A stretch of 64,000 bases of DNA from Nitrospirae bacterium JdFR-81 (GTDB taxonomy: Bacteria; Nitrospirota; Thermodesulfovibrionia; UBA6902), in assembly GCA_002011735.1 (NCBI GenBank), contig MTOQ01000011.1:2761-66760 (forward strand). Direction: 5' to 3'. Below are positions 36,786 through 46,882 of this stretch, one piece after another. The first letter of the stretch is position 1. Every line of letters begins with the position of its first letter. Below the pieces are notes generated by a model. It was not told the DNA's origin. It worked only from the letters and a program-made list of their open reading frames with translations, and did not search any database. The position numbers were made by a program, and so were the translations under genes.

Positions 36786-36817
36786 GTAAAAAATAAGCCT
36801 TTTATAACGTTAAAAGG
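36786..36817 (-). terminator. Possible intrinsic terminator after glmS
   Basis: Stem CCTTTTA/TAAAAGG (36798-36817) with loop TAACGT. On the minus strand it is followed by TTATTTTTT (36786-36796). The stem is AT-rich, so the call is weak. Confidence 0.3.
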
Positions 36818-36828
36818 AAAACTTATAG

Positions 36829-38658
36829 TTACTCTACCGTCACACTCTTGGCGAGGTTTCTTGGCTGGTCAACATTACATTTCCTGAGCACTGCTATATG
36901 ATAGGCAAGGAGGTGCATCGGGATGGAGAATATGACAGGCATCAGGTAGTAGTTGCTCTCAGGCAGGAAGATCGTCCATGAGGCGACATCCGATATCCTC
37001 TTGTTATCGCCTGTGGTCACCGCTATCACCCTTCCACCCCTGCTCCTCACCTCCTCGATATTGGAGAGCATCTTCTCGTAGAGCTCGTCATTCGGCACGA
37101 TGGTGAGCACAGGGACATTATCGTCTATAAGGGCGATGGGGCCGTGTTTCATCTCGCCTGCAGGATAGCCCTCTGCATGGATATAGGATATCTCCTTCAG
37201 CTTCAGTGCACCCTCAAGGGCGATGGGATAGTTTATCCCCCTGCCGAGGTAGAGGAAGTCCCTGACCTTATAGAACCTCCTTGCTATCTTCTTGATATAG
37301 TCGTTCAGTCCAAGGGCCTTTTCCACCTTCTCTGGCAGTGAGAGGAGCTCGTTGAATAGCTCCACCGCCTCAGCTGCATCCAGCACCCCCCTCGCCCTTG
37401 CGAGGGCGATCGATAATATATACAGGGCCACAAGCTGTGAGGTGAACGCCTTTGTCGATGCAACCCCTATCTCAGGGCCTGAATGGGTATAGAAGACCGC
37501 ATCTGCCTCCCTTGATGATGTACTCCCCACCACATTGCATATGCTCAACACCATTGCACCCTGACGCCTCGCCTCCCTCTGGGCGGCGAGGGTATCCGCC
37601 GTCTCACCTGACTGGGTGATAACGATGACAAGGCAATCCTCGGGTATTATGGGCCTCCTGTATCGGAACTCTGAGGCTATATCCACCTCACATGGCACCC
37701 GTGCCATACCCTCTATCATATACTTTCCCACAAGTGCAGCATGCCATGATGTGCCACAGGCAACCAGGAATATCTTCTTGAACCCCCTCAGCATCCTGCT
37801 GTCGAGTGAGAACTCCTTGAGGTTCACCTCTCCCTTCTCAGGGAAGACCCTACCCCTTATGGTATCGGCGATCGCCCTTGGCTGTTCAAATATCTCCTTG
37901 AGCATGAAGTGCCTGTATCCACCCTTCTCAGCCATCCTCGGGCTCCATGTGATCCTCAATGTCTTCTTCTTGAGGGGCCTGCCATCCATATCTGTGAATC
38001 TCACCCCTTGACCTGTGACGACCGCTATCTCACCATTGTCAGGGATCACCACATCCCTGGTATGATTCAGAAATGCAGGTATATCCGAGGCGACAAAGAA
38101 CTCATCCCTGCCAAGCCCTATCACAAGGGGACTGTCCTTCTTCACGGCGATAATCTTATCAGGCTCGGATTCGCTGATAATGGCGAGGGCATAGGCACCC
38201 CTTATATGCCTCAGTGCCTCCCTTGTTGCCTCCTCCAGATTGAGACCCTTCTGCAGGCAACTGCTTATAAGGTGACACGCAACCTCTGTGTCTGTCTCTG
38301 AACGAAAACGATGCCCCCTCTTTATAAGGGACTCCTTCAGTTCAAGATAGTTCTCGATGATCCCGTTATGCACGACAACCACACCACCTGCCCTGTGTGG
38401 ATGGGCATTCTCCTCTGTTGGCCTTCCATGTGTTGCCCATCTGGTGTGTCCTATCCCAAGTGGCCCCCTGAGCCTCTGACCCTTTATGGAGGATTCAAGA
38501 TCCTTGATCTTTCCGGCACACCGCCTCATCTCTATCCTGCCGTTCATGAAGAAGGCTATGCCGGCAGAGTCATAACCCCTGTATTCAAGCCTTTTAAGGG
38601 AGCTTATCAGTATGGGAACGGCGTTCCTTCTGCCTATGTAGCCGATTATCCCGCACAT
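36829..38658 (-). CDS. glmS: Glutamine--fructose-6-phosphate aminotransferase GlmS
   Basis: MCGIIGYIG N-terminal nucleophile Cys. Two SIS domains. C-terminal ...KSVTVE. 609 aa. Confidence 0.95.
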   Translation of the reverse strand: MCGIIGYIGRRNAVPILISSLKRLEYRGYDSAGIAFFMNGRIEMRRCAGKIKDLESSIKGQRLRGPLGIGHTRWATHGRPTEENAHPHRAGGVVVVHNGIIENYLELKESLIKRGHRFRSETDTEVACHLISSCLQKGLNLEEATREALRHIRGAYALAIISESEPDKIIAVKKDSPLVIGLGRDEFFVASDIPAFLNHTRDVVIPDNGEIAVVTGQGVRFTDMDGRPLKKKTLRITWSPRMAEKGGYRHFMLKEIFEQPRAIADTIRGRVFPEKGEVNLKEFSLDSRMLRGFKKIFLVACGTSWHAALVGKYMIEGMARVPCEVDIASEFRYRRPIIPEDCLVIVITQSGETADTLAAQREARRQGAMVLSICNVVGSTSSREADAVFYTHSGPEIGVASTKAFTSQLVALYILSIALARARGVLDAAEAVELFNELLSLPEKVEKALGLNDYIKKIARRFYKVRDFLYLGRGINYPIALEGALKLKEISYIHAEGYPAGEMKHGPIALIDDNVPVLTIVPNDELYEKMLSNIEEVRSRGGRVIAVTTGDNKRISDVASWTIFLPESNYYLMPVIFSIPMHLLAYHIAVLRKCNVDQPRNLAKSVTVE

Positions 38659-38671
38659 GGATTGATCTCCG

Positions 38672-40054
38672 TCACTGCCTCTTCAGCCTTTTCTTCCTCT
38701 TTTCTGCCCATCCCTCTATATTCCTCTGCCTGGCCCTGGTTATCGCAAGGGCCTCGGGCGGGACATCCCTTGTAATCGTTGAACCTGCTGCAACATATGC
38801 ACCCCTGCCGATACGGACAGGTGCAACAAGCTGTGAGTCACTCCCTATAAATACACCATCGTCTATTACCGTCCTGTGCTTCTTCACACCGTCATAATTA
38901 CAGGTGATGGTGCCGGCACCAACATTCACATCCCTGCCGATGATGGAATCACCTATATAGCTCAGGTGCTGGGCCTTTGTCCCGTCCCTTATCATGGACT
39001 TCTTGACCTCAACAAAGTTGCCTATCTTCACATTCCGTCCTATAATACTCTCGGGCCTCAGGTGTGCAAATGGGCCGATGGTGGCACCATCGGAGATCCT
39101 GCTCTCCTCTATAAGGGTATTGTCCTTGATGACCACATTGTCTCCGATAACACTGTCATATATCCTTGTGCCAGGATATATAATGCATCTCTCGCCTATT
39201 GATGTCCTCCCCTCAAGATAGGTATTCGGGTAGATGATCGTGTCCATCCCTATCTTGACAGTGGGATGAAGGATCGTTGTCTCGGGGTCGATAAATGTAA
39301 CCCCTTTCTTCATCCATCCTGATATTATCCGCCTCCTCATTATCTCCGAGACAGCATAGAGCTCCTCCCTTGTGTTGACGCCCATGACCTCTTCATAAGA
39401 CAGTGGATATGCCCCTATCTTCAGACCATTCCTTGAGATTATCCGCACGATGTCTGTGAGATAATACTCGCCTGAGACCCTGTTCTTTCTGATCCTCTTT
39501 AGATAGCCAAGCACATCATGCTCGATGAGATAGACCCCTCCGTTAAGCTCCTTGAACCGCTCCTTCTCTTCTGGGGTTGTATGTTTGTCCTCGATTATGC
39601 CCGTGATCCTGCCGTCACCATCCCTCACTATCCTTCCATATCCTGAGAGTGAGTCGTTTGTAAAGGAGACCAGTGAGAGTGCATTCCTGCTGGATCTGTG
39701 CATCCTGAAGAACCCCTTGAGCGTGGCAGTGGTTATAAGGGGGCAATCACCATTCAGGACGAGCAGTGTGGTTGCATTAAGTGGGATCGACCTCCTTACG
39801 GTCTCAAGGGCATGGGCTGTGCCCAGCAACCTCTTCTGTAAGACAAAATCCACACCTGTGCCAGAAAGGCTCTCCTTCACCGCCTCGGCACCATTGCCCA
39901 CAACCACTATGATGCTGTCAGGCCTCAAACCCCTTACAGCATCCACAACATAATGGATCATGGGTCTGCCAAGGACATGGTGTAACACCTTTGGGATGGA
40001 GGAGGACATCCTTTCTCCTCGACCTGCGGCAAGTATAACAGTGAATAGGCCCAT
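38672..40054 (-). CDS. glmU: Bifunctional UDP-GlcNAc pyrophosphorylase / GlcN-1-P N-acetyltransferase GlmU
   Basis: MGLFTVILAAGRGERMSSSIPKVLH (LAAGxGTRM-type motif). C-terminal left-handed beta-helix hexapeptide repeats. Confidence 0.95.
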   Translation of the reverse strand: MGLFTVILAAGRGERMSSSIPKVLHHVLGRPMIHYVVDAVRGLRPDSIIVVVGNGAEAVKESLSGTGVDFVLQKRLLGTAHALETVRRSIPLNATTLLVLNGDCPLITTATLKGFFRMHRSSRNALSLVSFTNDSLSGYGRIVRDGDGRITGIIEDKHTTPEEKERFKELNGGVYLIEHDVLGYLKRIRKNRVSGEYYLTDIVRIISRNGLKIGAYPLSYEEVMGVNTREELYAVSEIMRRRIISGWMKKGVTFIDPETTILHPTVKIGMDTIIYPNTYLEGRTSIGERCIIYPGTRIYDSVIGDNVVIKDNTLIEESRISDGATIGPFAHLRPESIIGRNVKIGNFVEVKKSMIRDGTKAQHLSYIGDSIIGRDVNVGAGTITCNYDGVKKHRTVIDDGVFIGSDSQLVAPVRIGRGAYVAAGSTITRDVPPEALAITRARQRNIEGWAEKRKKRLKRQ

Positions 40055-40116
40055 TATTGATGTGGGATCCCTCGTTGGTTATATTATACTATTAGATACC
40101 CACAGGGGTTGTCAAT

Positions 40117-40566
40117 TTATCTCGATCGTGTGATCACCTCTATCTCCTTTGAGGGTGGGCCTTCTGTCTCAGTAACTGCGGTCACCCTGTAGAGGTATCT
40201 CCTGTCGGGCTTCACATCCCTGTCTATAAACGCAGGCGTGATGGACCTTCCTATGAGCTCGAACTCACCATCAGATGATCGATACACCCTGTAGGCCCTT
40301 ATCTCCTGGCCAGCAACCTCATCCCACGTAAGCACAACACCCCTGCCGGTATAAACACCTGCAAGACCTGCTGGCGGGCCTGGTGCAGTGCCCTCAACAC
40401 CCTGCTCGGCAGGCCCTTCAGGCCCTTTTACCACACCCTCTACTGGCCTCTTAATAGGGGACCCTCCTGCACCCATCACGGGGACAGGCTCACCCCTCCT
40501 GCCACAGCCGATGAGGCAGAGAAACAGAAGGGATAGGATGGTAAGGGATATAAGAGTCTTGATCAT
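40117..40566 (-). CDS. Small lipoprotein with a Gly/Pro-rich linker and an FN3-like domain, hypothetical
   Basis: Lipobox LLFLCLIGCGRRG. C-terminal ...VLTWDEVAGQEIRAYRVYRSSDGEFELIGRSITPAFIDRDVKPDRRYLYRVTAVTE is FN3-like. Confidence 0.6.
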   Translation of the reverse strand: MIKTLISLTILSLLFLCLIGCGRRGEPVPVMGAGGSPIKRPVEGVVKGPEGPAEQGVEGTAPGPPAGLAGVYTGRGVVLTWDEVAGQEIRAYRVYRSSDGEFELIGRSITPAFIDRDVKPDRRYLYRVTAVTETEGPPSKEIEVITRSR

Positions 40567-40575
40567 CCTTTTATA

Positions 40576-41955
40576 TCAGATCCTCTTCAACCTTGTCTTG
40601 AGCGTCTTTATCCTCTTGAGCACCTCTGCCCTGGATGTCCCGCCCTTTGAAGACCTTGAATTGACAGAGCCCTCTGCAGAGAGGAGATGGAACACATCCT
40701 CATCGAACAGCCCCGAGAATCTCCTCAGCTCTCTAATACCTAAATCAGGTAGCGACCTGCCCCTGTCTATACAGTATCTTACAACCCTGCCCACCAGCCT
40801 GTGTGCATCCCTGAACGGCATACCCTTTCTGACCAGATACTCAGCGAGGTCTGTAGCGGTTGAGAACCCATCCTCTGCCGCTCTCCTCATGGCCTCCTTC
40901 TTAAACCTGACCGCTGGCATCACCTCATTAAGGACCGAGAGGCACGACCTTATGGTATCAACGGCATCAAACAGTGGCTCCTTATCCTCCTGCATGTCCC
41001 TGTTATAGGCCAGAGGTAGTGCCTTCATCATGCTCAGGAGCGTCATAAGTGAACCAAAGACCCTGCCTGCCTTGCCCCTTATCAACTCAAACACATCGGG
41101 GTTCTTCTTCTGTGGCATTATGCTTGAACCTGTTGAGAATGCATCAGGCAACTCAATAAAGCCAAACTCTGCACTGTTCCACAGGATAAACTCCTCTGAA
41201 AGCCTTGACAGGTGGACCATCAGTACTGAGGAGGCCGAGAGGAACTCGATCACAAAGTCCCTGTCAGAGACCGCGTCTATACTGTTTTCAGAGACAGCAG
41301 AGAAACCCAGCAGTTCTGCCACATACCCCCTGTCAACAGGAAGCGATGTGCCTGCAAGTGCAGCAGAGCCAAGGGGCAATACATTCACCCTTTTAAGGCA
41401 ATCACCGAGCCTCTCCACATCCCTCTCAAACATCTCGTAATAGGCGAGCAGGTGATGGGAGAGCAATACAGGCTGTGCCCTCTGCAGGTGCGTATACCCT
41501 GGCATGATGGTATCAATATTCTCCTCAGCCATATGGACGATAACCCTTTGCAGTGACCTGAGCAGTCTGACTATCCCCTTAATCTCATCCCTCAGGTAGA
41601 GTCTCAGGTCAAGGGCTATCTGATCATTCCTGCTCCGTGCGGTATGCAGCATCCCGCCGATCGGGCCGACCTTCCTGATAAGTGCATGTTCGATATTCAT
41701 ATGCACATCCTCAAGACCCTCAAGGAACCGGAACTTACCAGCCTCGATCTCCTCCTTTATCTCCTCCAGCGCCTTTATTATAAGGGTTGCATCCCTTTGA
41801 GGGATTATCCCCTGTCTTCCGAGCATCTTTGCATGGGCAATACTGCCCTCTATATCGTATCTCCAGAGGCGTGCATCAAATGAGACAGAGGAGGTGAATC
41901 CTTCAACGGCCTTTGAGGTCTTGCCCTTAAACCTTCCTGCCCATGGCTTCTTCAT
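40576..41955 (-). CDS. argH: Argininosuccinate lyase ArgH
   Basis: Fumarate-lyase signature GSSIMPQKKNPDVFELIRGK. 459 aa. Confidence 0.95.
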   Translation of the reverse strand: MKKPWAGRFKGKTSKAVEGFTSSVSFDARLWRYDIEGSIAHAKMLGRQGIIPQRDATLIIKALEEIKEEIEAGKFRFLEGLEDVHMNIEHALIRKVGPIGGMLHTARSRNDQIALDLRLYLRDEIKGIVRLLRSLQRVIVHMAEENIDTIMPGYTHLQRAQPVLLSHHLLAYYEMFERDVERLGDCLKRVNVLPLGSAALAGTSLPVDRGYVAELLGFSAVSENSIDAVSDRDFVIEFLSASSVLMVHLSRLSEEFILWNSAEFGFIELPDAFSTGSSIMPQKKNPDVFELIRGKAGRVFGSLMTLLSMMKALPLAYNRDMQEDKEPLFDAVDTIRSCLSVLNEVMPAVRFKKEAMRRAAEDGFSTATDLAEYLVRKGMPFRDAHRLVGRVVRYCIDRGRSLPDLGIRELRRFSGLFDEDVFHLLSAEGSVNSRSSKGGTSRAEVLKRIKTLKTRLKRI

Positions 41956-42027
41956 GGAGTAAGCATAAAATAACTTTAAAATGTAGTCAACCCTCGATCA
42001 TCGCTCAGGCATATATGATATAATACG

Positions 42028-42705
42028 GTGCAGAGGATAAATATCATGTATTTTCTTCCGATATCACTTACCATATTCCTGCTCTTCCTCCTCCTGATAC
42101 CATTCCTCATATTCATGCTTCCTGCCGTTGCCTTTGCAAAATTGGGGTTGAGTCCCTTTGCAGGCTTCCTCTTCTTCTTCCTCTGCCTCTGGGGGAGCAT
42201 GATAAACATCCCTGTATACAGAAAAGAGCTTGATTATTATTATGACGAGGATGAAAGGGTTATAGAGGTCTTCAACAGGTTCTTCGGTATAAGGATACCA
42301 CCCGTGCATGAGAAGGTCATAGCCCTCAATCTTGGAGGGGCGATACTACCTGGGTTACTATCAATATATCTCTTTACAAAGGTGAACCCTGCACCTGTGA
42401 TAATGGCAACGATCATAACGACCACCTTCTCCTATTTCCTGAGCAAACCTGTAAGGGGCGTTGGCATAGTCATCCCCGCATTTATACCACCCATAATCGC
42501 TGCCACGGCTGCATTGATACTGGCGGACAGGGCGAATGCCCCTGCTGTCGCATATATCTCAGGTGTGATGGGCACCCTCATCGGGGCAGACCTGCTGAGG
42601 ATCAACCAGGTAAAGAGGGTGGGTTTATCATTCCTCAGCATCGGAGGTGCCGGTGTCTTTGATGGCATATTCATAGTGGGTATCATCTCTGTCCTGCTTG
42701 CATAG
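42028..42705 (+). CDS. Polytopic membrane protein, DUF1614-like
   Basis: 225 aa with 6-7 predicted TM helices. The C-terminal GGAGVFDGIFIVGI motif is what I recall from DUF1614. Family assignment is tentative. Confidence 0.45.
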   Translation: MQRINIMYFLPISLTIFLLFLLLIPFLIFMLPAVAFAKLGLSPFAGFLFFFLCLWGSMINIPVYRKELDYYYDEDERVIEVFNRFFGIRIPPVHEKVIALNLGGAILPGLLSIYLFTKVNPAPVIMATIITTTFSYFLSKPVRGVGIVIPAFIPPIIAATAALILADRANAPAVAYISGVMGTLIGADLLRINQVKRVGLSFLSIGGAGVFDGIFIVGIISVLLA

Positions 42706-42788
42706 AAACGGGTTTAAATATTTAAGGATTAGAAGATGATAATCCCTTTACCCATCACGCATCACGATATTTTATAAGGAGGTGTATC

Positions 42789-43319
42789 ATGAAGGAGCTT
42801 GACAGACACGAGGCATTTGAGCTTGCCTCACCCTTCCCCTATGTCCTCGCTGTTACACTGGATAAAAGGGATAGACCGAACATCATAGGCCTTTCGTGGT
42901 GGATGTTTACATCGTGGAACCCCCTGATGATAGCCATATCCGTGGGGCATAAGAGATACTCCCATGAATGTCTTGAACACCATAAGGAATTCGTCCTCTG
43001 TTTCCCATCAGAGGGGCAGGAGAAGGATGCATGGTTCTGCGGGACGAAATCTGGCAGGGATGTGGACAAGTTTCAGAGGACCTCTTTTAGACCCGTGAAT
43101 TCAAAGGTTGTGAAACCACCGATTATCGATGGTGTGACCGTTGCATATGAATGCAAGATTGTGAATCAGGTCGATACAGGAGACCATACGATCTATATCG
43201 CTGATGTGGTCGCCATCCACGGAAACCCTGACAGGGCAAGACACCTCTACTCCATACACTACCGCAAACTCCTGAGCATAGACTGTAAGGGGAACATAAA
43301 CCTCGATCTGGAATATTGA
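42789..43319 (+). CDS. Flavin reductase-like domain protein (FMN-binding split barrel)
   Basis: FPYVLAVTLDKRDRPNIIGLSWWMFTSWNPLMIAISV...HTIYIADVVAIH matches the flavin reductase fold pattern. RBS AAGGAGGTG lies before the ATG. Confidence 0.8.
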   Translation: MKELDRHEAFELASPFPYVLAVTLDKRDRPNIIGLSWWMFTSWNPLMIAISVGHKRYSHECLEHHKEFVLCFPSEGQEKDAWFCGTKSGRDVDKFQRTSFRPVNSKVVKPPIIDGVTVAYECKIVNQVDTGDHTIYIADVVAIHGNPDRARHLYSIHYRKLLSIDCKGNINLDLEY

Positions 43320-43528
43320 TGTCCGTTACTGGTTCAAGAGTCGTTCAAAGGGGACTTCGATAACAAGGACTCTTCATGCACACCAGCAGCCCTACTGGGA
43401 TGAAAACGGCCGGGCCTTAAAACCACCTTTGAATGATTGGTGTAAGGCCTGCCCCTTATGTGGTGGACAGACAGCGTAGCGGTTGAGGAGATTGAAGGCT
43501 TAAGAGTGGACCATGATATAATGGACTG

Positions 43529-43797
43529 GTGAGGAGGGGTGCGGAGAAATGGCTCAAGCAGGCAGAGGCTGACTTAAAGGCCGCAGAGGACAGCCTTGAA
43601 GATGGACATATGAATGGAGCTGTTTCCAGTCCCAGCAGGCCGCTGAAAAGGCCCTTAAGGCCTTTCTTTACGAAAAGGGATATACTTCAATAATGACTCA
43701 TTCACTGAAAGAGATGAATTTGCTCGCCTGGCAACTGAGGCCAGGAGACTGGAGAGGTGTATCTTTACGGCTCCTTTGCAAAGGGGGAGATTCATGA
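43529..43797 (+). pseudogene. HEPN-domain (PF05168-type) toxin gene disrupted by a 1-nt frameshift near 43610
   Basis: Frame 2 reads VRRGAEKWLKQAEADLKAAEDSLEDGH then stops. Frame 1 continues YEWSCFQSQQAAEKALKAFLYEKGYTSIMTHSLKEMNLLAWQLR. Together they make a canonical HEPN. GGACATATGAATGG versus the expected GGACATTATGAATGG implies a single T deletion. Confidence 0.5.
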
Positions 43798-43990
43798 AGG
43801 CAGTGATATAGATCTTATAATAGTGGGTGATTTTAAGGGGTTCTTTTTTGAAAGGATAGGCAAGGTCCTTGACCTTACTGAATTACCAGTAGAGCCGCTG
43901 GTATATACCGTAGGAGAATTTAACCATCTGAGGGATTCTGGAAACCCCTTTATTACCGAGGTGCTTAAGACGGCAAAAAGACTTCTTTAG
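43757..43990 (+). CDS. Minimal nucleotidyltransferase (MNT, Pol-beta superfamily) partner of the HEPN gene
   Basis: (GTG)YLYGSFAKGEIHEGSDIDLIIVGDF is the GS-x(9-13)-DxD nucleotidyltransferase signature. It overlaps the HEPN 3' end by ~40 nt. It is short for an MNT (77 aa) and may be N-terminally eroded. Confidence 0.6.
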   Translation: MYLYGSFAKGEIHEGSDIDLIIVGDFKGFFFERIGKVLDLTELPVEPLVYTVGEFNHLRDSGNPFITEVLKTAKRLL

Positions 43991-44128
43991 AGATGTTGTT
44001 CCCACCAACCCTGTGCCTGGTTTGATGAATTTGAAGGGATAAATCTCGTTAAAAACCTTGATAGAGTTAATCCCAGAAACAGCAGATAGCACTAATAATG
44101 CTAATCAGATCGATCAGGAGCATTAAAA

Positions 44129-44308
44129 GTGCAGAGATATAGATTTACAAGGCAATTTGAAAAATCCTTTGCAAAACTCCCCGAAGAGGCAGTAGCACTC
44201 TTTGAAAGAAAACTGCCATTATTTTTAGAGAATATACACCATCCTTCCTTTAGAACAAAAGAGATCGAAGGATTCAAAAATCCATATATCCGGGATTTGA
44301 TATCTTAA
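44129..44308 (+). pseudogene. Truncated RelE/ParE-family toxin remnant
   Basis: (GTG)QRYRFTRQFEKSFAKLPEEAVALFERKLPLFLENIHHPSFRTKEIEGFKNPYIRDLIS* matches the N-terminal two-thirds of the RelE/ParE pattern (Y.I.FT..F.K....L....Q..I...I..L..NP..P...K.L.G...). The C-terminal catalytic portion is lost. No cognate antitoxin was recognised upstream. Confidence 0.4.
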
Positions 44309-44408
44309 ATTCAAGATAATCCCCGGACGAGAGATTTAACCTCTCCATAATCTCCTTTGGTATCCTGACCTGTCCTGTTGGGCTTATCTTTACAATTGTC
44401 TTTATGTA

Positions 44409-45542
44409 TTAAACCTCCTGCTCCCTCAGCTCCTCATTCGCCCTCCGCATAAAGGCAGGTATCTCAAGGACATTCTCGTCATCTATCATATCCTTTGAGA
44501 GTATCCTGTTTGAACCCTTCAGGGTGTTGACCTCCCTTGACGGTCTCCACTTCTCATACGACGGCATCACAGGCCTTGGCTTGTCCTCAAAGCCAGTGGC
44601 TATGACCGTAACAACGACCTCTTCATCAAGGTCGTTATCAATGACAGAACCAAAGATTATCTCTGCATCTTCATGCGCACAGTCCCTTATCAGGGTGGCT
44701 GCATCATTGATCTCATGATAGGAGAGGGAGGGACCTCCAGTGATGTTGATCAGCACGCCCTTTGCACCATCAATGGAGGTCTCCTCCAGCAGGGGGCTAT
44801 TGATTGCCATCCTCGCGGCATCCACTGCCCTGTTGCCACCCCTCGCGGTGCCTGTTCCCATGAGTGCCCTTCCGCTTCCCTTGAGGATGGTCCTTATGTC
44901 TGCGAAATCATGATTTATAAGGCCTGGCACGAGTATCAGATCGGTGATCCCTTTTACCGCCTGCTTCAGGACATCATTGGCAAGGTTTAATGCCTGAATC
45001 CAAGGGGTGCTCCTGTCCGTGATATTGAGGAGCCTGTTGTTATGAACGATTATTATTGCATCAACATGCTTCTTCAACTCCTTTATCCCCTGTTCTGCAT
45101 TCCTTGCCCTCTTGCTCCCCTCAAATAGGAATGGGCGCGTAACAACCGCGGTCGTGAGGATGTCATGTTCCCTTGCTATCTCTGCAACCACTGGGGCCGC
45201 ACCTGTGCCTGTGCCACCACCCATGCCTGCCGTTATGAAGACCATATCGGCGCCTGTTATGGCATCTTCGATGAGGTCCCTGTCATCGATGGCAGCCTGC
45301 CTGCCGATCTCTGGGTCTGCACCTGCACCAAGCCCCTTTGTCAACGCACTGCCTATCTGCACCTTCTGGTGTGCAAGGGAGGATTCAAGGGCCTGGGCAT
45401 CTGTGTTGATGACAACAAACTCCACACCCTCCAGGCTCGACACTATCATGCTGTTTACAGCGTTCCCACCTCCTCCACCAACTCCTACCACCTTGATCCT
45501 TGCACCCCTGTCCCTTATCTCTTCCATGTCAAAGATGTTCAT
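44409..45542 (-). CDS. ftsZ: Cell division GTPase FtsZ
   Basis: Tubulin signature GGGTGTG (AGMGGGTGTGAAPVVAEIA). N-terminus MNIFDMEEIRDRGARIKVVGVGGGGGNAV. C-terminal conserved peptide EIPAFMRR. Confidence 0.97.
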   Translation of the reverse strand: MNIFDMEEIRDRGARIKVVGVGGGGGNAVNSMIVSSLEGVEFVVINTDAQALESSLAHQKVQIGSALTKGLGAGADPEIGRQAAIDDRDLIEDAITGADMVFITAGMGGGTGTGAAPVVAEIAREHDILTTAVVTRPFLFEGSKRARNAEQGIKELKKHVDAIIIVHNNRLLNITDRSTPWIQALNLANDVLKQAVKGITDLILVPGLINHDFADIRTILKGSGRALMGTGTARGGNRAVDAARMAINSPLLEETSIDGAKGVLINITGGPSLSYHEINDAATLIRDCAHEDAEIIFGSVIDNDLDEEVVVTVIATGFEDKPRPVMPSYEKWRPSREVNTLKGSNRILSKDMIDDENVLEIPAFMRRANEELREQEV

Positions 45543-45601
45543 ATCATACCTCCTTCTTTATTAAGATTGGATCTTTTAAAAATTCAAAACCGACAGATTC
45601 C

Positions 45602-46882
45602 TCAGGCACCAAGCAGCCCCCCTGTCCATTCCCTGAGCCTTGATATCACGCCCCTCAGGAAACCACCATTGCCACCCTGGGTCACCTTCAGCATCTCCCT
45701 GGCACCATAAAGGACGAGACCTATACTGCTTGTAAAGGCAGGGCTGTCCAATGGCCCTGGTATATCCCTGCCAGCAATCAAGGAGCCCGTCCTTACAGGA
45801 AGTTCCAGCATATTCTCTGCCATTATATCCATACCCCCAAGGAGGGCACCCCCACCGGTCAGCACCACACCGGATGCGAGCATCCCATAATACCCGCTCT
45901 TATTCAGGTCGTCCATCACAAGGCCCATGAGCTCCTCAGCCCTTGGCTGTATAATCTCTATCAGGTGTCTCCTTGGCAGCATCCTCAGGTGCCTGCTGTC
46001 TGCATAACCAACCTCTATCTCCTCTGACTCACCAACCAACGAAAGCATCGATGTGCCGTATCTCTTCTTTATCTCCTCGGCATCCTTTGTTGTGGTCCTC
46101 AGCCCTATGGCTATGTCATTGGTGAAGTTGGTGCCACCCACGGGAAGGATGGATGTATGGCACAGGTTACCCTCAAAGAAGACGGCTATGTCTGTCGTCC
46201 CGCCACCTATATCAACCAATGCAACCCCCATCTCCTTCTCATCCTCATCAAGCACCACCATGGCCGTTGCAATGGGTTCAAATACCACCTCGATGACCTC
46301 AACCCCTGCCTTCTCGCATGCCTTCTTAAGGTTATGCACGCTCATGGCGTCTGCCGTGATTATCCTCACGCCTGTCTCGAGCCTCACCCCCTCCATCCCC
46401 CGCGGATCATGGATGCCGTTCTGACCGTTTATAGTAAAGCCTGTTGGCACAACATGGAGTATGCTCCTGTCAAAGGGGATGGCGACCGCCCTTGCAGAAT
46501 TGATCACCCTGTCAACATCATCCTGGGTGACCTCTGCGCCGCTGATCGCTATGACACCATGACTGTTTATATAATCTATATGCCTGCCCTTCAGCCCTGC
46601 ATAGACGGCCTTTATCTCAACACCCGAGCTATCCTCTGCCTGTCTGATCGCATCCCTGATAGAGCCGATCACCTCCTCCATATTCACAACGACACCCTTC
46701 CTTGTGCCCCTTGAAGGCACAAGACCGAAGCCTATGATATCGATACCGATATCACCGCTCTGGATCATGTATGTCCTGGTATCACCATCCCCTGTGTGAT
46801 GTGCCTCTGCCACGACCACACAAGTCCTTGTGGTCCCCACATCAAGACTGACTATTAACTCTCCCCTCTTCCTCATACTCAT
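45602..46882 (-). CDS. ftsA: Cell division protein FtsA
   Basis: Actin-like fold. LIVSLDVGTTRTCVVVAE, DIGGGTTDIAVF, VLTGGGALLGG. Confidence 0.95.
   Translation of the reverse strand: MSMRKRGELIVSLDVGTTRTCVVVAEAHHTGDGDTRTYMIQSGDIGIDIIGFGLVPSRGTRKGVVVNMEEVIGSIRDAIRQAEDSSGVEIKAVYAGLKGRHIDYINSHGVIAISGAEVTQDDVDRVINSARAVAIPFDRSILHVVPTGFTINGQNGIHDPRGMEGVRLETGVRIITADAMSVHNLKKACEKAGVEVIEVVFEPIATAMVVLDEDEKEMGVALVDIGGGTTDIAVFFEGNLCHTSILPVGGTNFTNDIAIGLRTTTKDAEEIKKRYGTSMLSLVGESEEIEVGYADSRHLRMLPRRHLIEIIQPRAEELMGLVMDDLNKSGYYGMLASGVVLTGGGALLGGMDIMAENMLELPVRTGSLIAGRDIPGPLDSPAFTSSIGLVLYGAREMLKVTQGGNGGFLRGVISRLREWTGGLLGA

Noticed and set aside
42028-43319. Considered whether the DUF1614-like membrane protein plus flavin reductase form a novel two-gene system
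   Set aside because: There are no distinctive sequence features beyond family-level motifs. The genes are separated by 84 nt with separate RBSs. There is nothing to distinguish them from housekeeping accessory genes.
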